Positions 9,901-17,936 of a stretch of DNA of 37,046 nucleotides are shown here, one piece after another. Made by a program: the position numbers and the translations under genes. Within the stretch, counting starts at the first letter, position 1. Every line of letters begins with the position of its first letter. The notes under the pieces are model-generated. The model did no database searches, was not told the origin of the DNA, and saw only the letters and a list, made by a program, of their open reading frames with translations. Source of the DNA: an uncultured Collinsella sp. (GTDB taxonomy: Bacteria > Actinomycetota > Coriobacteriia > Coriobacteriales > Coriobacteriaceae); the NCBI GenBank assembly GCA_900765185.1, contig CAAFQT010000249.1:1-37046 (forward strand), given 5' to 3'.

Positions 9901-12900
9901 CCAAGGGCAAGGTCGACTTTGGCAAGATTGCCTTTACGCTCGACGACCTTAACAAGGCTCTGGGCGAGAAGTCCGAGAAGCGCGAGCACACCTTTACCTA
10001 CACCGTGACCGAGTCCGGTAAGGTTGCCGGCGTGACCAACGACGCCAAGCTGTCGCGCGAGGTTTCCTTCACCGTGACCGATGACAGCAAGGGCAATCTG
10101 AGGGTGTCCCGCAAGCCGGATGGCAACGCAGCCTTTACGTTCACCAATACCTATAGCGTGACGCCTGTCGAGACGAGCGTCACCGACCAGATCACCGCGA
10201 CCAAGTTCCTGACCGGCCGCGACACGGCTGAGGGCGAGTTCTCCTTCGAGCTCGTCGAGGGCGAGGGCAAGGACGCCAAGGTCGTCGCCACCGGCAAGAA
10301 CGCCGCCGATGGCAAGATCACGATGAGCACCATCGAGTACACCAAGGCCGGAACGCACGCCTACACGCTGCGCGAGGTCAAGGACAACGCCGGCGGGATC
10401 ACCTACAGCGATGCCAAGTTCAACATCGAGACCACCATCACGGACAACGGCGACGGTACGCTCAGCGCCACGCATGTTCTGAAGGACGTTAAGGAAGCAA
10501 CTTTCGAGAACACCTACAGCGTGACCCCGCTCGACACAGAGCTCGACTTTGGCCTGAGCAAGGCCATTGACGGCCGCGACTGGACGGATGGGGACGAGTT
10601 CAGCTTTACCATCACCGCCCCCGAAGGCGCCCCGCTGCCCGATCCCGCAACCGTAACCGTGGGTAATAAGGACGCGAAGGACGGCATCGCCGCCATCAAG
10701 TTCGGCAAGATCCACTACACGGCTGCCGGAACCTACAAGTACGAGATTCGCGAGAACGCGGGCAACGCGGCAGGCATGACGTATGACGGACATGTCGCGA
10801 CCGCCGAAGTGACCGTGACTGATAACGGCAAGGGCGTCCTGACTGCCAACGTCACCAAGAAGGAAAACGGACGCTTTACCAACATGTACCGCTCTGAGCT
10901 CGATTACGCCGCGGCCGGCGGCCTTAAGCTTAGCAAGGCCCTCTCCGGACGTCCCATGACCGAGGGCCAGTTCACCTTTACCGTGACGCCCGCTGACGCG
11001 GCTTCTGCCAACGCGCTCGGCCTGCACGAGGGTGCCAACGTGTACAAGTCCCCTGCAGCGACAGAGGGAACCGTCGGCCTGATCGACATTCTGGCCGGCA
11101 AGGAGGTCAAGTTTACGCAGGCTGACGCCGGCAAGACCTTCAAATACACCGTGGCCGAGACGAACGACCACAAGCCCGGTTACACCTACGACGATGCTGC
11201 CCGTACCGTGACGATCGCTGTCACCGACGATGGTGCCGGTACGATTACCGCTACGACGACCGTCTCCGGCGGTCCCGAGGGCACGCACGAGACGATCCAC
11301 AAGAGCGGCGAGAACAAGGTTGAGAGCGCTCTGGTCCCGTTCAAAAACAGCTATAGCGCATCGACCGATGCGCACGGTGGTGACGTTGCTCAGATCGTTG
11401 CCACCAAGACCCTGACCGGTCGCCCGATGGTCGACGGCGAGTTCTACTTTGGCATCGCCTATGCGGGCGAGACGGAAGCCATCGAGGGTACGTGCGTTAC
11501 CAACGTTAACGGCCAAGTGAGTTTTGGTGCTCTGCATTACACGACCGAGATGCTCGCCGACCTGGTAAACGCCAGCCGCGCCATCCGTACCGACACGGAT
11601 GCCAAGCTTGCATGGACCATCAACTACACGGCCTTCGAGTACACGTCTCCGCTCGCAGCAAAGGGCATTACCGCCGCAAAGCCGAGCTTTAGCTTTAAGG
11701 TCATCGTCGTCGACAACGGTGACGGGACTCTGACGGCGACGCCCGCCTACGACGGAATTCAACCCTTGTTCGAGAACGTCTACGGCGCCGATGCCGTTGA
11801 CGCCGCGCTTGCCGGCACCAAGAAGCTCCAGGCAGCTGAGGGCCTGACCCCGGCCGACATCGCAGGTAAGTTTACCTTTACCGTGACCGCTGACGAGGCG
11901 GGTGCCCCGATGCCCGAGCACACGACCGCAACCAACGACACGGCCGGCAACGTGGACTTTGGCAAGATCCACTTTACGCTCGAGGACCTCAACCGCGCCC
12001 TGGGCGTGACGGACGATGCGACCGATAAGGCCGAGGCAGACGAAGCCGACGAGGCCGAGGCCGACGAGGCAGAGGCTGAAGAGGCCAACGCCGACGCTGA
12101 TGCCAACGCCGACGAGCCCAGCGACGAATCCGAGCCCGCAGCCCCCACCGCTCCGCGCTCGCACACTTTTACCTACACGGTGACCGAGTCCGGTAGCGCC
12201 CCTGGCGTGACTAATGACGCCAACACCGCGCGCAAGGTTTCCTACACAGTGACTGACGACCGTGCCGGACACCTGAGTGTCGTGCGCAACGGCGACGACG
12301 GTGCGGCCTTCACATTCACCAACACCTACAGCGTGACGCCCACCGATTCGTCCGTGACCGATCAGGTCAAGACGGTCAAGCGTCTGACCGGACGCGACCT
12401 TGCAGCTGGCGAGTTCACGTTTGAGCTGCTCGAGGACGGCGTGACTGTCGCTAGTGGCACCAACGACGCCAACGGCACCGTTACGCTGAGCCCGATCCAC
12501 TATGAGGCGCCCGGCACGCACACGTACACGCTGCGCGAGGCTTGCCCCAACGCGCTCGGCCTGTACAAGGGCGTCACCTATGACGGCGCGACCTATACCG
12601 TCGTGACCACCGTCTCCGACAACGGCGACGGCACGCTGACCGCGACGCACAAGCTCGAGGGAACCACCGAGTCGGCTGGCTTTACCAACAAGTATCACGC
12701 CATGCCCATGCAGGTCTCCATCGGCGCCATCAAGGTGCTCGAGGGACGCGAGCTCAAGAAGGACGAGTTTAGCTTTAAGCTCGTTGGCGAGGACATCGAG
12801 TCCACCGTCACCAACGATGCCAACGGCAAGATCAACTTCGACAAGTTCGAGTACGACGAGCCCGGTACGTACGTCTACACCATCAGCGAGGTCAAGGGCG

Positions 12901-13229
12901 ACGAGGCCGGTATGACCTACGACAAGTCCGTCTTTACCGCGACTGTCAACGTGGTCGACGACGGCGAGGGCAACCTCAAGGCGAACGTCGCCTTTACCAA
13001 GGGCGACAAGAGCGTCGAGGGTATAGTGTTCAACAACACGTACAAGAAGCCCGAGACGCCCGTGCCGACGCCCGATCCCGGCACGCCCAAGACCGTGACG
13101 AACATCGTCAAGACGGTCAAGGGTTTCCTGCCCACCACGGGTGACCAGCAGGCCGCTGCACTGCTCATGGCATTTGTTATTGCCATGGCCGGCGTCGGAG
13201 CCCTGGTCTGGGGTATCCGTAAGCGCTAG
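6936..13229 (+). CDS. Large sortase-anchored adhesin: signal peptide, vWA domain, about 10 FctA/Spy0128-like isopeptide domains, LPxTG anchor
   Basis: N-terminal signal peptide (MSKYTRDLLAVILAVVLVLPAAAFA); MIDAS motif DASGS…T…FTDG; ten repeats of K(xLxGR)…YxxxE…FxNxY; C-terminal LPTTG, hydrophobic helix and RKR. Confidence 0.92.
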   Translation: MSKYTRDLLAVILAVVLVLPAAAFAMLPEANARSSTGMDGPTVSGTVVDPDTSGRWEIWAAGHNGNKVTTQNVGRIWTDKTVKKAGENEASDFVTTLSAMSSTSNSTVTVTTPLDIVMVLDASGSMDDHMGGIDSPKRIDALKNAANSFIDTIAKQNEGIEGVNRQHRVAIVKFAGKKSNDIGNNMYRDGGYSYNYTQVMKELTYCSGSNADDLKKNTINQIQPAGATRADYGLELAEGITITSGRKDAKKIIVFFTDGTPTKQNKFDAGVANAAVTAAKNMKDSKATVYTIGIFDGADPSAGIQDSGKSQKENKFMHAVSSNYPNATAWDTHGARAENSDYYKSATNAEELKKVFDDISQAITSEAPYPTEIHKGYDKTKSGYITFTDELGDFMQVDGFTEVVINGTPFTEASKTFNEETNTDTYEFTGKAKDLLITVQRAGDDNPQKGDIVTVNIPASLIPLSHFKTVDGKLSVDSVKPIQVKYASSVKSVALDNLFTPEKVTGLKTYIEKNTTVADDDSKTVSFYANKWKTGALGDTVATFEPADTNRYYYFQKQTPIYTDKECTQPAKISLAEKGTYYYKDEFEEQGENNEAKSATAVIEFIGGDAAKFDGAIVRDKDDNLSFSVGTARLAFIDELHTTKEGVGGNLTETALDVLNPRWNNVSAKAGATHVNSYLGNNGKISYKYDMTPAKVDTKASFGLTKVLEGREWTKEDKFEFGLTSENGAPMPKSTTAVATQGNKAIDFGEITYTEPGTYVYKVSEKNAGQTIDGITYSGNVAEITVTVTPNKKGELSADVQVTSGETEFKNIYAASPVDSSVTDEIEVVKSLTGRGLKADEFSFELREAKGEDSELIETVKNDANGNVTFKAIKYTEIGQHIYTLHEVKGNAGGITYDGTTYTIVTTISDNGKGQLVATHKLKGAEDVKSIKFKNAYTANAAEASLAGIKNLQFADGLTPADINGKFTFTVTGEEGAPMPANASVTNDAKGKVDFGKIAFTLDDLNKALGEKSEKREHTFTYTVTESGKVAGVTNDAKLSREVSFTVTDDSKGNLRVSRKPDGNAAFTFTNTYSVTPVETSVTDQITATKFLTGRDTAEGEFSFELVEGEGKDAKVVATGKNAADGKITMSTIEYTKAGTHAYTLREVKDNAGGITYSDAKFNIETTITDNGDGTLSATHVLKDVKEATFENTYSVTPLDTELDFGLSKAIDGRDWTDGDEFSFTITAPEGAPLPDPATVTVGNKDAKDGIAAIKFGKIHYTAAGTYKYEIRENAGNAAGMTYDGHVATAEVTVTDNGKGVLTANVTKKENGRFTNMYRSELDYAAAGGLKLSKALSGRPMTEGQFTFTVTPADAASANALGLHEGANVYKSPAATEGTVGLIDILAGKEVKFTQADAGKTFKYTVAETNDHKPGYTYDDAARTVTIAVTDDGAGTITATTTVSGGPEGTHETIHKSGENKVESALVPFKNSYSASTDAHGGDVAQIVATKTLTGRPMVDGEFYFGIAYAGETEAIEGTCVTNVNGQVSFGALHYTTEMLADLVNASRAIRTDTDAKLAWTINYTAFEYTSPLAAKGITAAKPSFSFKVIVVDNGDGTLTATPAYDGIQPLFENVYGADAVDAALAGTKKLQAAEGLTPADIAGKFTFTVTADEAGAPMPEHTTATNDTAGNVDFGKIHFTLEDLNRALGVTDDATDKAEADEADEAEADEAEAEEANADADANADEPSDESEPAAPTAPRSHTFTYTVTESGSAPGVTNDANTARKVSYTVTDDRAGHLSVVRNGDDGAAFTFTNTYSVTPTDSSVTDQVKTVKRLTGRDLAAGEFTFELLEDGVTVASGTNDANGTVTLSPIHYEAPGTHTYTLREACPNALGLYKGVTYDGATYTVVTTVSDNGDGTLTATHKLEGTTESAGFTNKYHAMPMQVSIGAIKVLEGRELKKDEFSFKLVGEDIESTVTNDANGKINFDKFEYDEPGTYVYTISEVKGDEAGMTYDKSVFTATVNVVDDGEGNLKANVAFTKGDKSVEGIVFNNTYKKPETPVPTPDPGTPKTVTNIVKTVKGFLPTTGDQQAAALLMAFVIAMAGVGALVWGIRKR

Positions 13230-13242
13230 GCACGCTGGTAGC

Positions 13243-13344
13243 GCCCGGGGCCAAAAGGCCCCGGGCGGCCGGCGGGGAGCCAGAACATAGCCCCCACCCC
13301 CAGCCGCCACGGAGGTATCTCCCTCCTCCGTGGCGGCGCTTTTG
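13243..13344 (+). terminator. Two hairpins after the adhesin gene; the second looks like an intrinsic terminator
   Basis: gcccggggcc-aaaa-ggccccgggc (13243-13266); gccgccacggagg…cctccgtggcggc (13303-13337) followed by gcttttg. Confidence 0.6.
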
Positions 13345-13364
13345 TGCGTAGGCGAGAAGGGCTT

Positions 13365-13524
13365 GCCACGAAATTGGCCCATCTACTACGTTTAGCCCCT
13401 TACCCCCAACCATGCCAAAAAACGCGAAAACAAAACCGCAGGTAGAACGCCTGCAGTTTTCTGGAAAACAGGGGTATGGTCGGGGGTATCGAGTCAAACG
13501 TAGTAGATGGGCCGATTTCGTGGT
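13365..13524. repeat. Palindromic element type B, copy 2 (160 bp)
   Basis: gccacgaaattggcccatctactacgttt (13365-13393) / aaacgtagtagatgggccgatttcgtgg (13496-13523); ccgcaggta at 13436-13444; same orientation as copy 1. Confidence 0.92.
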
Positions 13525-13537
13525 TGGCGCCGCCAAA

Positions 13538-13590
13538 TGATCCCCCGGGGACGGAGGAAAACGGATCATTTTGGTCCCGCGAGGCTGGCA
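13538..13590 (+). repeat. Linker repeat C, copy 2
   Basis: tgatcccccggggacggaggaaaacggatcattttggtcccgcgaggctggc, homologous to 6485-6537. Confidence 0.8.
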
Positions 13591-13616
13591 GAGGCACTCG
13601 TACAGGGCCGCCCGAA

Positions 13617-13770
13617 CAAAACTATGCCGGATTACGGGGCTGAGTCACGAGTCCCCGACCATACCGATATTCGTGAAAATAAAACCGCAGGTAGACGAGC
13701 CGTCATTTTGCGGAAAACGAGAGCATGGACGGGGTTTCCGGGTTTAGCCCCGTAATCCGGCATAGTTTTG
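13617..13770. repeat. Palindromic element type A, copy 2 (154 bp, perfect 25-bp terminal inverted repeats)
   Basis: Arms identical to copy 1 (13617-13641 / 13746-13770), diverged interior, ccgcaggta at 13685-13693. Confidence 0.92.
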
Positions 13771-13830
13771 AAATGGCATTAAATCGGTGGCAGCAATTTT
13801 GCCATGCCGAAGTGGTTGGCCGTTGGTTGA

Positions 13831-14460
13831 TTACCCTCGCAGGTAGGCGATGGCGATTTGGGTGCGGTTGCGCAGGCCCATTTTGGCCAGGATCGAGCTG
13901 ATGTGGTTGCGCACGGTGCCTTCGCCCATGTAGGCGGTGGCGGCAATCTCCTTGTTGTCGAGACCGCGGGCGATGAGCTCGGCGACCTCGAACTCGCGGT
14001 CGGTCAGGCCGGCAAAGGCCGCGGGCCGGTGGGGCGTGCCTGCTTTGTCACCCATTTCGTCAAAGTCAATATCCTCGATTGCCTTGCCCTCAAGCACACG
14101 TTTGCCATCCATGACCTGCGCCAACGCTGGTGGGATGGCGGCGACATCGGTCTTGATTAAGTAGCCACGGGCACCCAGTTTGAGCGCCGACACAATGTAC
14201 TCGTCATCCGAAAACGTGGTCAGGAACACCACGCGTGCTGCGGGGTCGCGCTCGAGGATCTCGCGTGCCGCCGAAAGGCCGTCACGCCCCGGCATCTGGA
14301 TGTCGAGCAGCGCGATATCGGGTGCGTGTTCGGTGTAGAGCGCGACAGCGTCGTTGCCGTCGGCGCCGGTGCCCACGACTTCGATCTGCGGCTGGGCACC
14401 CAGGATAATCTTGAGCGAATCGACCACCAAGCGGTCGTCGTCGACAACAATGAGCCTCAT
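13831..14460 (-). CDS. NarL/LuxR-family response regulator
   Basis: Receiver domain (VVDDD…LLDIQMP…LTTF…K) plus LuxR HTH (LTDREFEV…GLDNKEIA…GTVRNHISSILAKMGLRNRTQ). Confidence 0.93.
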   Translation of the reverse strand: MRLIVVDDDRLVVDSLKIILGAQPQIEVVGTGADGNDAVALYTEHAPDIALLDIQMPGRDGLSAAREILERDPAARVVFLTTFSDDEYIVSALKLGARGYLIKTDVAAIPPALAQVMDGKRVLEGKAIEDIDFDEMGDKAGTPHRPAAFAGLTDREFEVAELIARGLDNKEIAATAYMGEGTVRNHISSILAKMGLRNRTQIAIAYLRG

Positions 14461-15602
14461 CGGGCCTCATCTCCTTGCTGTTTTGGGACGGTGGCAAATA
14501 CGCGCCAGCCGGGGGCACCGGCGCGTGGGCCGGCGGTGAAGGTGCCGCCAAGCGCCTCGATACGCTCGCGCATGGAGGCGAGCCCCATGCCCTCCGCGGC
14601 GCTGCGGCCGCTTGCTTGGGCCCCGCCCGTGCCATCGTCGGTAACGATGAGCTGGTAAAACGACGGATGTTCCATGCATCGTACGGTGACAGCATGAGCG
14701 CAAGCGTGGCGCATGGTGTTGGAGAGTGCCTCGCGCAGGACCGCCGCAAAGCAGTTCGCGACGTTTGCGGGCGCATGTTCGGTCATAACTTCAAGCTCAA
14801 TCTGCGGACCGCCGTCCGAGCGTGCGCCTTCAACGATGCGCTCGAGCTGCACGGAGAGGTCGATGGCGTTGTCGTTGAGCGCGTGGACGCTGGTGCGCAC
14901 AAGCTGGAGCGCCTCGTCAACCGTGCGTTTAACGTCGGCGAAATCGGCGGCGACGCCAGGCTCGTCGGCGTGGACCACGCGTAGGGCTTCGGCCTGCAGT
15001 GAGGCGCGCGTGAGCTGGTGCCCGACGTTATCGTGGATCTCGCGCGCGATGCGGGCGCGTTCGGCGAGCGTCGCGAGCTCGACTTCGTAGTCCTGGCGAT
15101 CGGCAAGATCGCGGTTGCGCGCTTCGAGCGCGAGGGCTCGTTCCTGCAGCTCGTCGCGGGTGCGGCGCATGCGCTGCTGCTCGCGCTCCAACTGGGCGGT
15201 ACGTAGCGATAGCAGGGTGGCGGCAACCGAAAGGATGGCGGTCAGCAGGAGCGTTCGGGCGGCGAGCGCGTCGGTGCGAAGGTCCGCGATAAGCGCGCAG
15301 ACAAACACTGCGCCAATCGCCAGCGCGGGCCAGATGCGTTCACGGCGCACGCGCCGCGCGATGTCATAGAAGGCGAGGGGCGCAAACGGCACAAGCGGCG
15401 GTACGAAGACGGCCGCGATGATGTAAGCGCAGCTCGCGGCCTCGCTCGCGCGCCGGGTGCGTTTCCCCTGTGTGACCTCGGCCAGCGAGGTGGCAATAAT
15501 GCCAAGGCAAAACGCCACAACCAGACGAGCGTCCACGGCAAGGCCCATGGCGGCCGCAATACAGCACGCCAGCACGATCGATTTGTCGAAAAGCCTGTTC
15601 AT
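14457..15602 (-). CDS. Membrane sensor histidine kinase (HisKA_3 / NarX-DesK type)
   Basis: N-terminal TM helices, H-box ERARIAREIHDNVGHQLT, N-box EALSNTMRHA, G-boxes DDGTG and GMGLASMRER. Start taken at ATG 15602 (MNRLFDK); overlaps the response regulator start. Confidence 0.9.
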   Translation of the reverse strand: MNRLFDKSIVLACCIAAAMGLAVDARLVVAFCLGIIATSLAEVTQGKRTRRASEAASCAYIIAAVFVPPLVPFAPLAFYDIARRVRRERIWPALAIGAVFVCALIADLRTDALAARTLLLTAILSVAATLLSLRTAQLEREQQRMRRTRDELQERALALEARNRDLADRQDYEVELATLAERARIAREIHDNVGHQLTRASLQAEALRVVHADEPGVAADFADVKRTVDEALQLVRTSVHALNDNAIDLSVQLERIVEGARSDGGPQIELEVMTEHAPANVANCFAAVLREALSNTMRHACAHAVTVRCMEHPSFYQLIVTDDGTGGAQASGRSAAEGMGLASMRERIEALGGTFTAGPRAGAPGWRVFATVPKQQGDEAR

Positions 15603-15732
15603 ACGGGTATTGTACGCGATGCCGCGCATGGGGGAGGCACCACCCGGAGCAACCGTGACATTCCTCCCACGCGGCAAAGCGGGGGCACCGGCGGGCCGCG
15701 CGACCAAGCCCTACACTCGTGACAAAGCTCAC
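15600..15732. promoter_or_regulatory. Divergent promoter region: likely leaderless kinase promoter and two GTGAC boxes
   Basis: Minus-strand TACAAT (15609-15614) lies 6 nt before the kinase ATG with no SD. gtgacattcctccc (15655-15668) and gtgacaaagctcac (15719-15732) precede the ABC operon. Confidence 0.5.
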
Positions 15733-15800
15733 TGGCGCGCGCCGCCGGCTCCTGCGATGATGCAATCGTACCGGGCCGCAATCAACAGAAGGGCCGCCTC

Positions 15801-16739
15801 ATGACAGATATTGTCCACGTCGAAAACCTCGTCAAGCGCTACGACGACCTTATCGCGCTCGACCACTTTAACCTGAGCATCGCCCCCGGCGAGATCTTTG
15901 GCCTGCTGGGCCCCAACGGCTCGGGCAAGACCACGTCCATCAACTGCATCCTGCAGCTGCTCGCCTACGACAAGGGCACCATCGAGCTGTTCGGCGAGCC
16001 CATGACGCCCGCCCGCTACGACCTCAAGCGCCGCATCGGTGTGGTGCCGCAGCAGGTGGCAGTGTTCGACGAACTCACCGTGCGCGAGAATATCGACTAT
16101 TTCTGCAGCCTCTACGTCAACGACCGCAAGCGCCGCCGCGCGCTGGTGGACGAGGCCATCGACTTTGTGGGCTTGGGCGACTTTACCAAGTTTCGCCCCG
16201 GCAAGCTCTCGGGCGGCCTGGCGCGTCGCCTCAACATTGCCTGCGGCATCGCGCACAAGCCCGAGCTCATCTTCTTTGACGAGCCCACGGTGGCAGTCGA
16301 CCCACAGAGCCGAAACGCCATCCTGGAGGGCATCTGCCGCTTGCGCGACGAGGGCGCCACAGTGGTGTATACCAGCCATTACATGGAGGAAGTCGAGCAG
16401 ATCTGCAGCCGCATCATGATCATGGACGGCGGGCGCGTGCTGGCGCAGGGCACCAACGACGAGCTCAAGCGCATGATTCAGATGGGCGAGCGCGTGACTG
16501 CCGAGGTCGGCGCCGTCGAGGCCGCCACGGTCGAGCGCCTGCGTGCCCACGAGCACGTGCTCAGCGTTGAGCTTTCCGGCGGCGAACTCGTCTGCACCTG
16601 CGAGGCGAGCCCGCACAACTTGGTTGACATCCTTGACACGCTGCGTGCTGCCGACGTGGCGCTCGGCCGCGTGTGGAGCGAGCCGCCGACCCTCAACGAC
16701 GTGTTCCTCGAGATCACCGGCCGCGAGCTGCGCGACTAG
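15801..16739 (+). CDS. ABC-2 type exporter ATP-binding subunit (LnrL/YfiL-like)
   Basis: Walker A GPNGSGKT, signature LSGG, Walker B IFFDEP, H-loop TSHY, C-terminal PTLNDVFLEITGRELRD. Confidence 0.93.
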   Translation: MTDIVHVENLVKRYDDLIALDHFNLSIAPGEIFGLLGPNGSGKTTSINCILQLLAYDKGTIELFGEPMTPARYDLKRRIGVVPQQVAVFDELTVRENIDYFCSLYVNDRKRRRALVDEAIDFVGLGDFTKFRPGKLSGGLARRLNIACGIAHKPELIFFDEPTVAVDPQSRNAILEGICRLRDEGATVVYTSHYMEEVEQICSRIMIMDGGRVLAQGTNDELKRMIQMGERVTAEVGAVEAATVERLRAHEHVLSVELSGGELVCTCEASPHNLVDILDTLRAADVALGRVWSEPPTLNDVFLEITGRELRD

Positions 16740-16748
16740 GGGGCGGCC

Positions 16749-17936
16749 ATGTTCAACACCATTATCATTACGGTCAAGACGCTGCTGCGCCGGCCGAGCA
16801 CGTGGGTTTGGGGCGCGGTCTTTCCCGTCGCGCTTTCCACGATGTTCATGTTTATGTTTGCGAACCTCAGCTCCGACGGCAAGATCGACCCGGTGCCGGT
16901 GGCCGTTGTCGCTGACGAAGCCTGGGACGCCTCGACCTTTAAGGACGTGGCGACGTCGCTTGCCAAGGAGAGCGACGATCAGCTGCTCGAAATCCACGAG
17001 TGCGACGACGCGGTCGATGCGAACCGTGCACTCAAGGCCGGCGAAGTCGGGGGCATCTATACGGTCGACGACGCGGGCGCGCCCAAGCTCACGCTGCTTT
17101 CGAGCTATGACAACTCGCGTGCGTCGTCGGTGCTCACCGACCGCAGCATTTTGGAGACGGTGGCAAGCTCGTATACACAAAATGCCGAGCTCATGTCCCA
17201 GATTGCCCAGAACAACCTGGCGGCGCTCGCCGACCCGGAGGCGGTTGCGCGCGCCCTGTCGCTCGAGGGCGGCACCCGCCGCGTAAGCCTGACACGAACC
17301 ACGCCCGATGGCACGGTCATCTACTACTACGCGCTCTTTGGCCTGGTCGCGATGATGTCTGCCGAGTTTGCCGCCTTGAGCGTCGTCGACCTGCAGCCCA
17401 ATCTGTCGGGCCTTGGCGCGCGCCGCTGCGTGGGCGGCCTTTCCAAAACGGCATCGCTGGCCGGCATTTTTGTGGGCTCGTGGCTGGTTTCCTTTGCCTC
17501 GATGACGATCGCGATCGGCTACGTGCGCCTGGTCGTGGGCGTCGACTTTGGCGGGCGCGAGGGGCTGTGTCTGGTGGGCGGCGCCGCTTCCGCGCTTGCC
17601 GCCACGGGCCTGGGACTCTTTGTGGGCACGCTTCCCGTTAAGGGCGGCAAGGCGTCCAAGTCCGGCATCCTCACGGGCTTTGCTACCACGTGCGCCCTGT
17701 TCGCCGGCCTCTACGGCGAGCCGGCGATGGCGCTTGCCGACGACGTCGCCCGCGCCTGCCCGGCCGAGTGCTGGTTCAACCCCGTCAAGCTCATCTGCGA
17801 CATGTTCAATCGCCTGTATTTCTTTGAAGACCTGGGGTCCTTCGCCGTTCGCGCCGGCGCGCTCGTCCTGGTGGCGCTGCTGTTCGTTGCCGCCGCCACG
17901 CTGATCTTTGGAAGGAGCCGCTATGAGCACCTTTAA
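16749..17936 (+). CDS. ABC-2 exporter permease
   Basis: One N-terminal TM, a large extracellular loop and a C-terminal TM bundle; directly follows the ATPase. Confidence 0.85.
   Translation: MFNTIIITVKTLLRRPSTWVWGAVFPVALSTMFMFMFANLSSDGKIDPVPVAVVADEAWDASTFKDVATSLAKESDDQLLEIHECDDAVDANRALKAGEVGGIYTVDDAGAPKLTLLSSYDNSRASSVLTDRSILETVASSYTQNAELMSQIAQNNLAALADPEAVARALSLEGGTRRVSLTRTTPDGTVIYYYALFGLVAMMSAEFAALSVVDLQPNLSGLGARRCVGGLSKTASLAGIFVGSWLVSFASMTIAIGYVRLVVGVDFGGREGLCLVGGAASALAATGLGLFVGTLPVKGGKASKSGILTGFATTCALFAGLYGEPAMALADDVARACPAECWFNPVKLICDMFNRLYFFEDLGSFAVRAGALVLVALLFVAAATLIFGRSRYEHL

Noticed and set aside
8655..13382. 1575-aa antisense ORF opposite the adhesin
   Set aside because: It is a shadow frame of a GC3-biased gene, with V/G/L/R-rich composition and no recognisable motifs; the + strand ORF has clear domains.
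6304..13770. Invertible segment (A-B…B-A mirror order around the adhesin)
   Set aside because: The asymmetric cores and linkers are all in the same orientation, so the order is permuted rather than inverted; no invertase is in the window.
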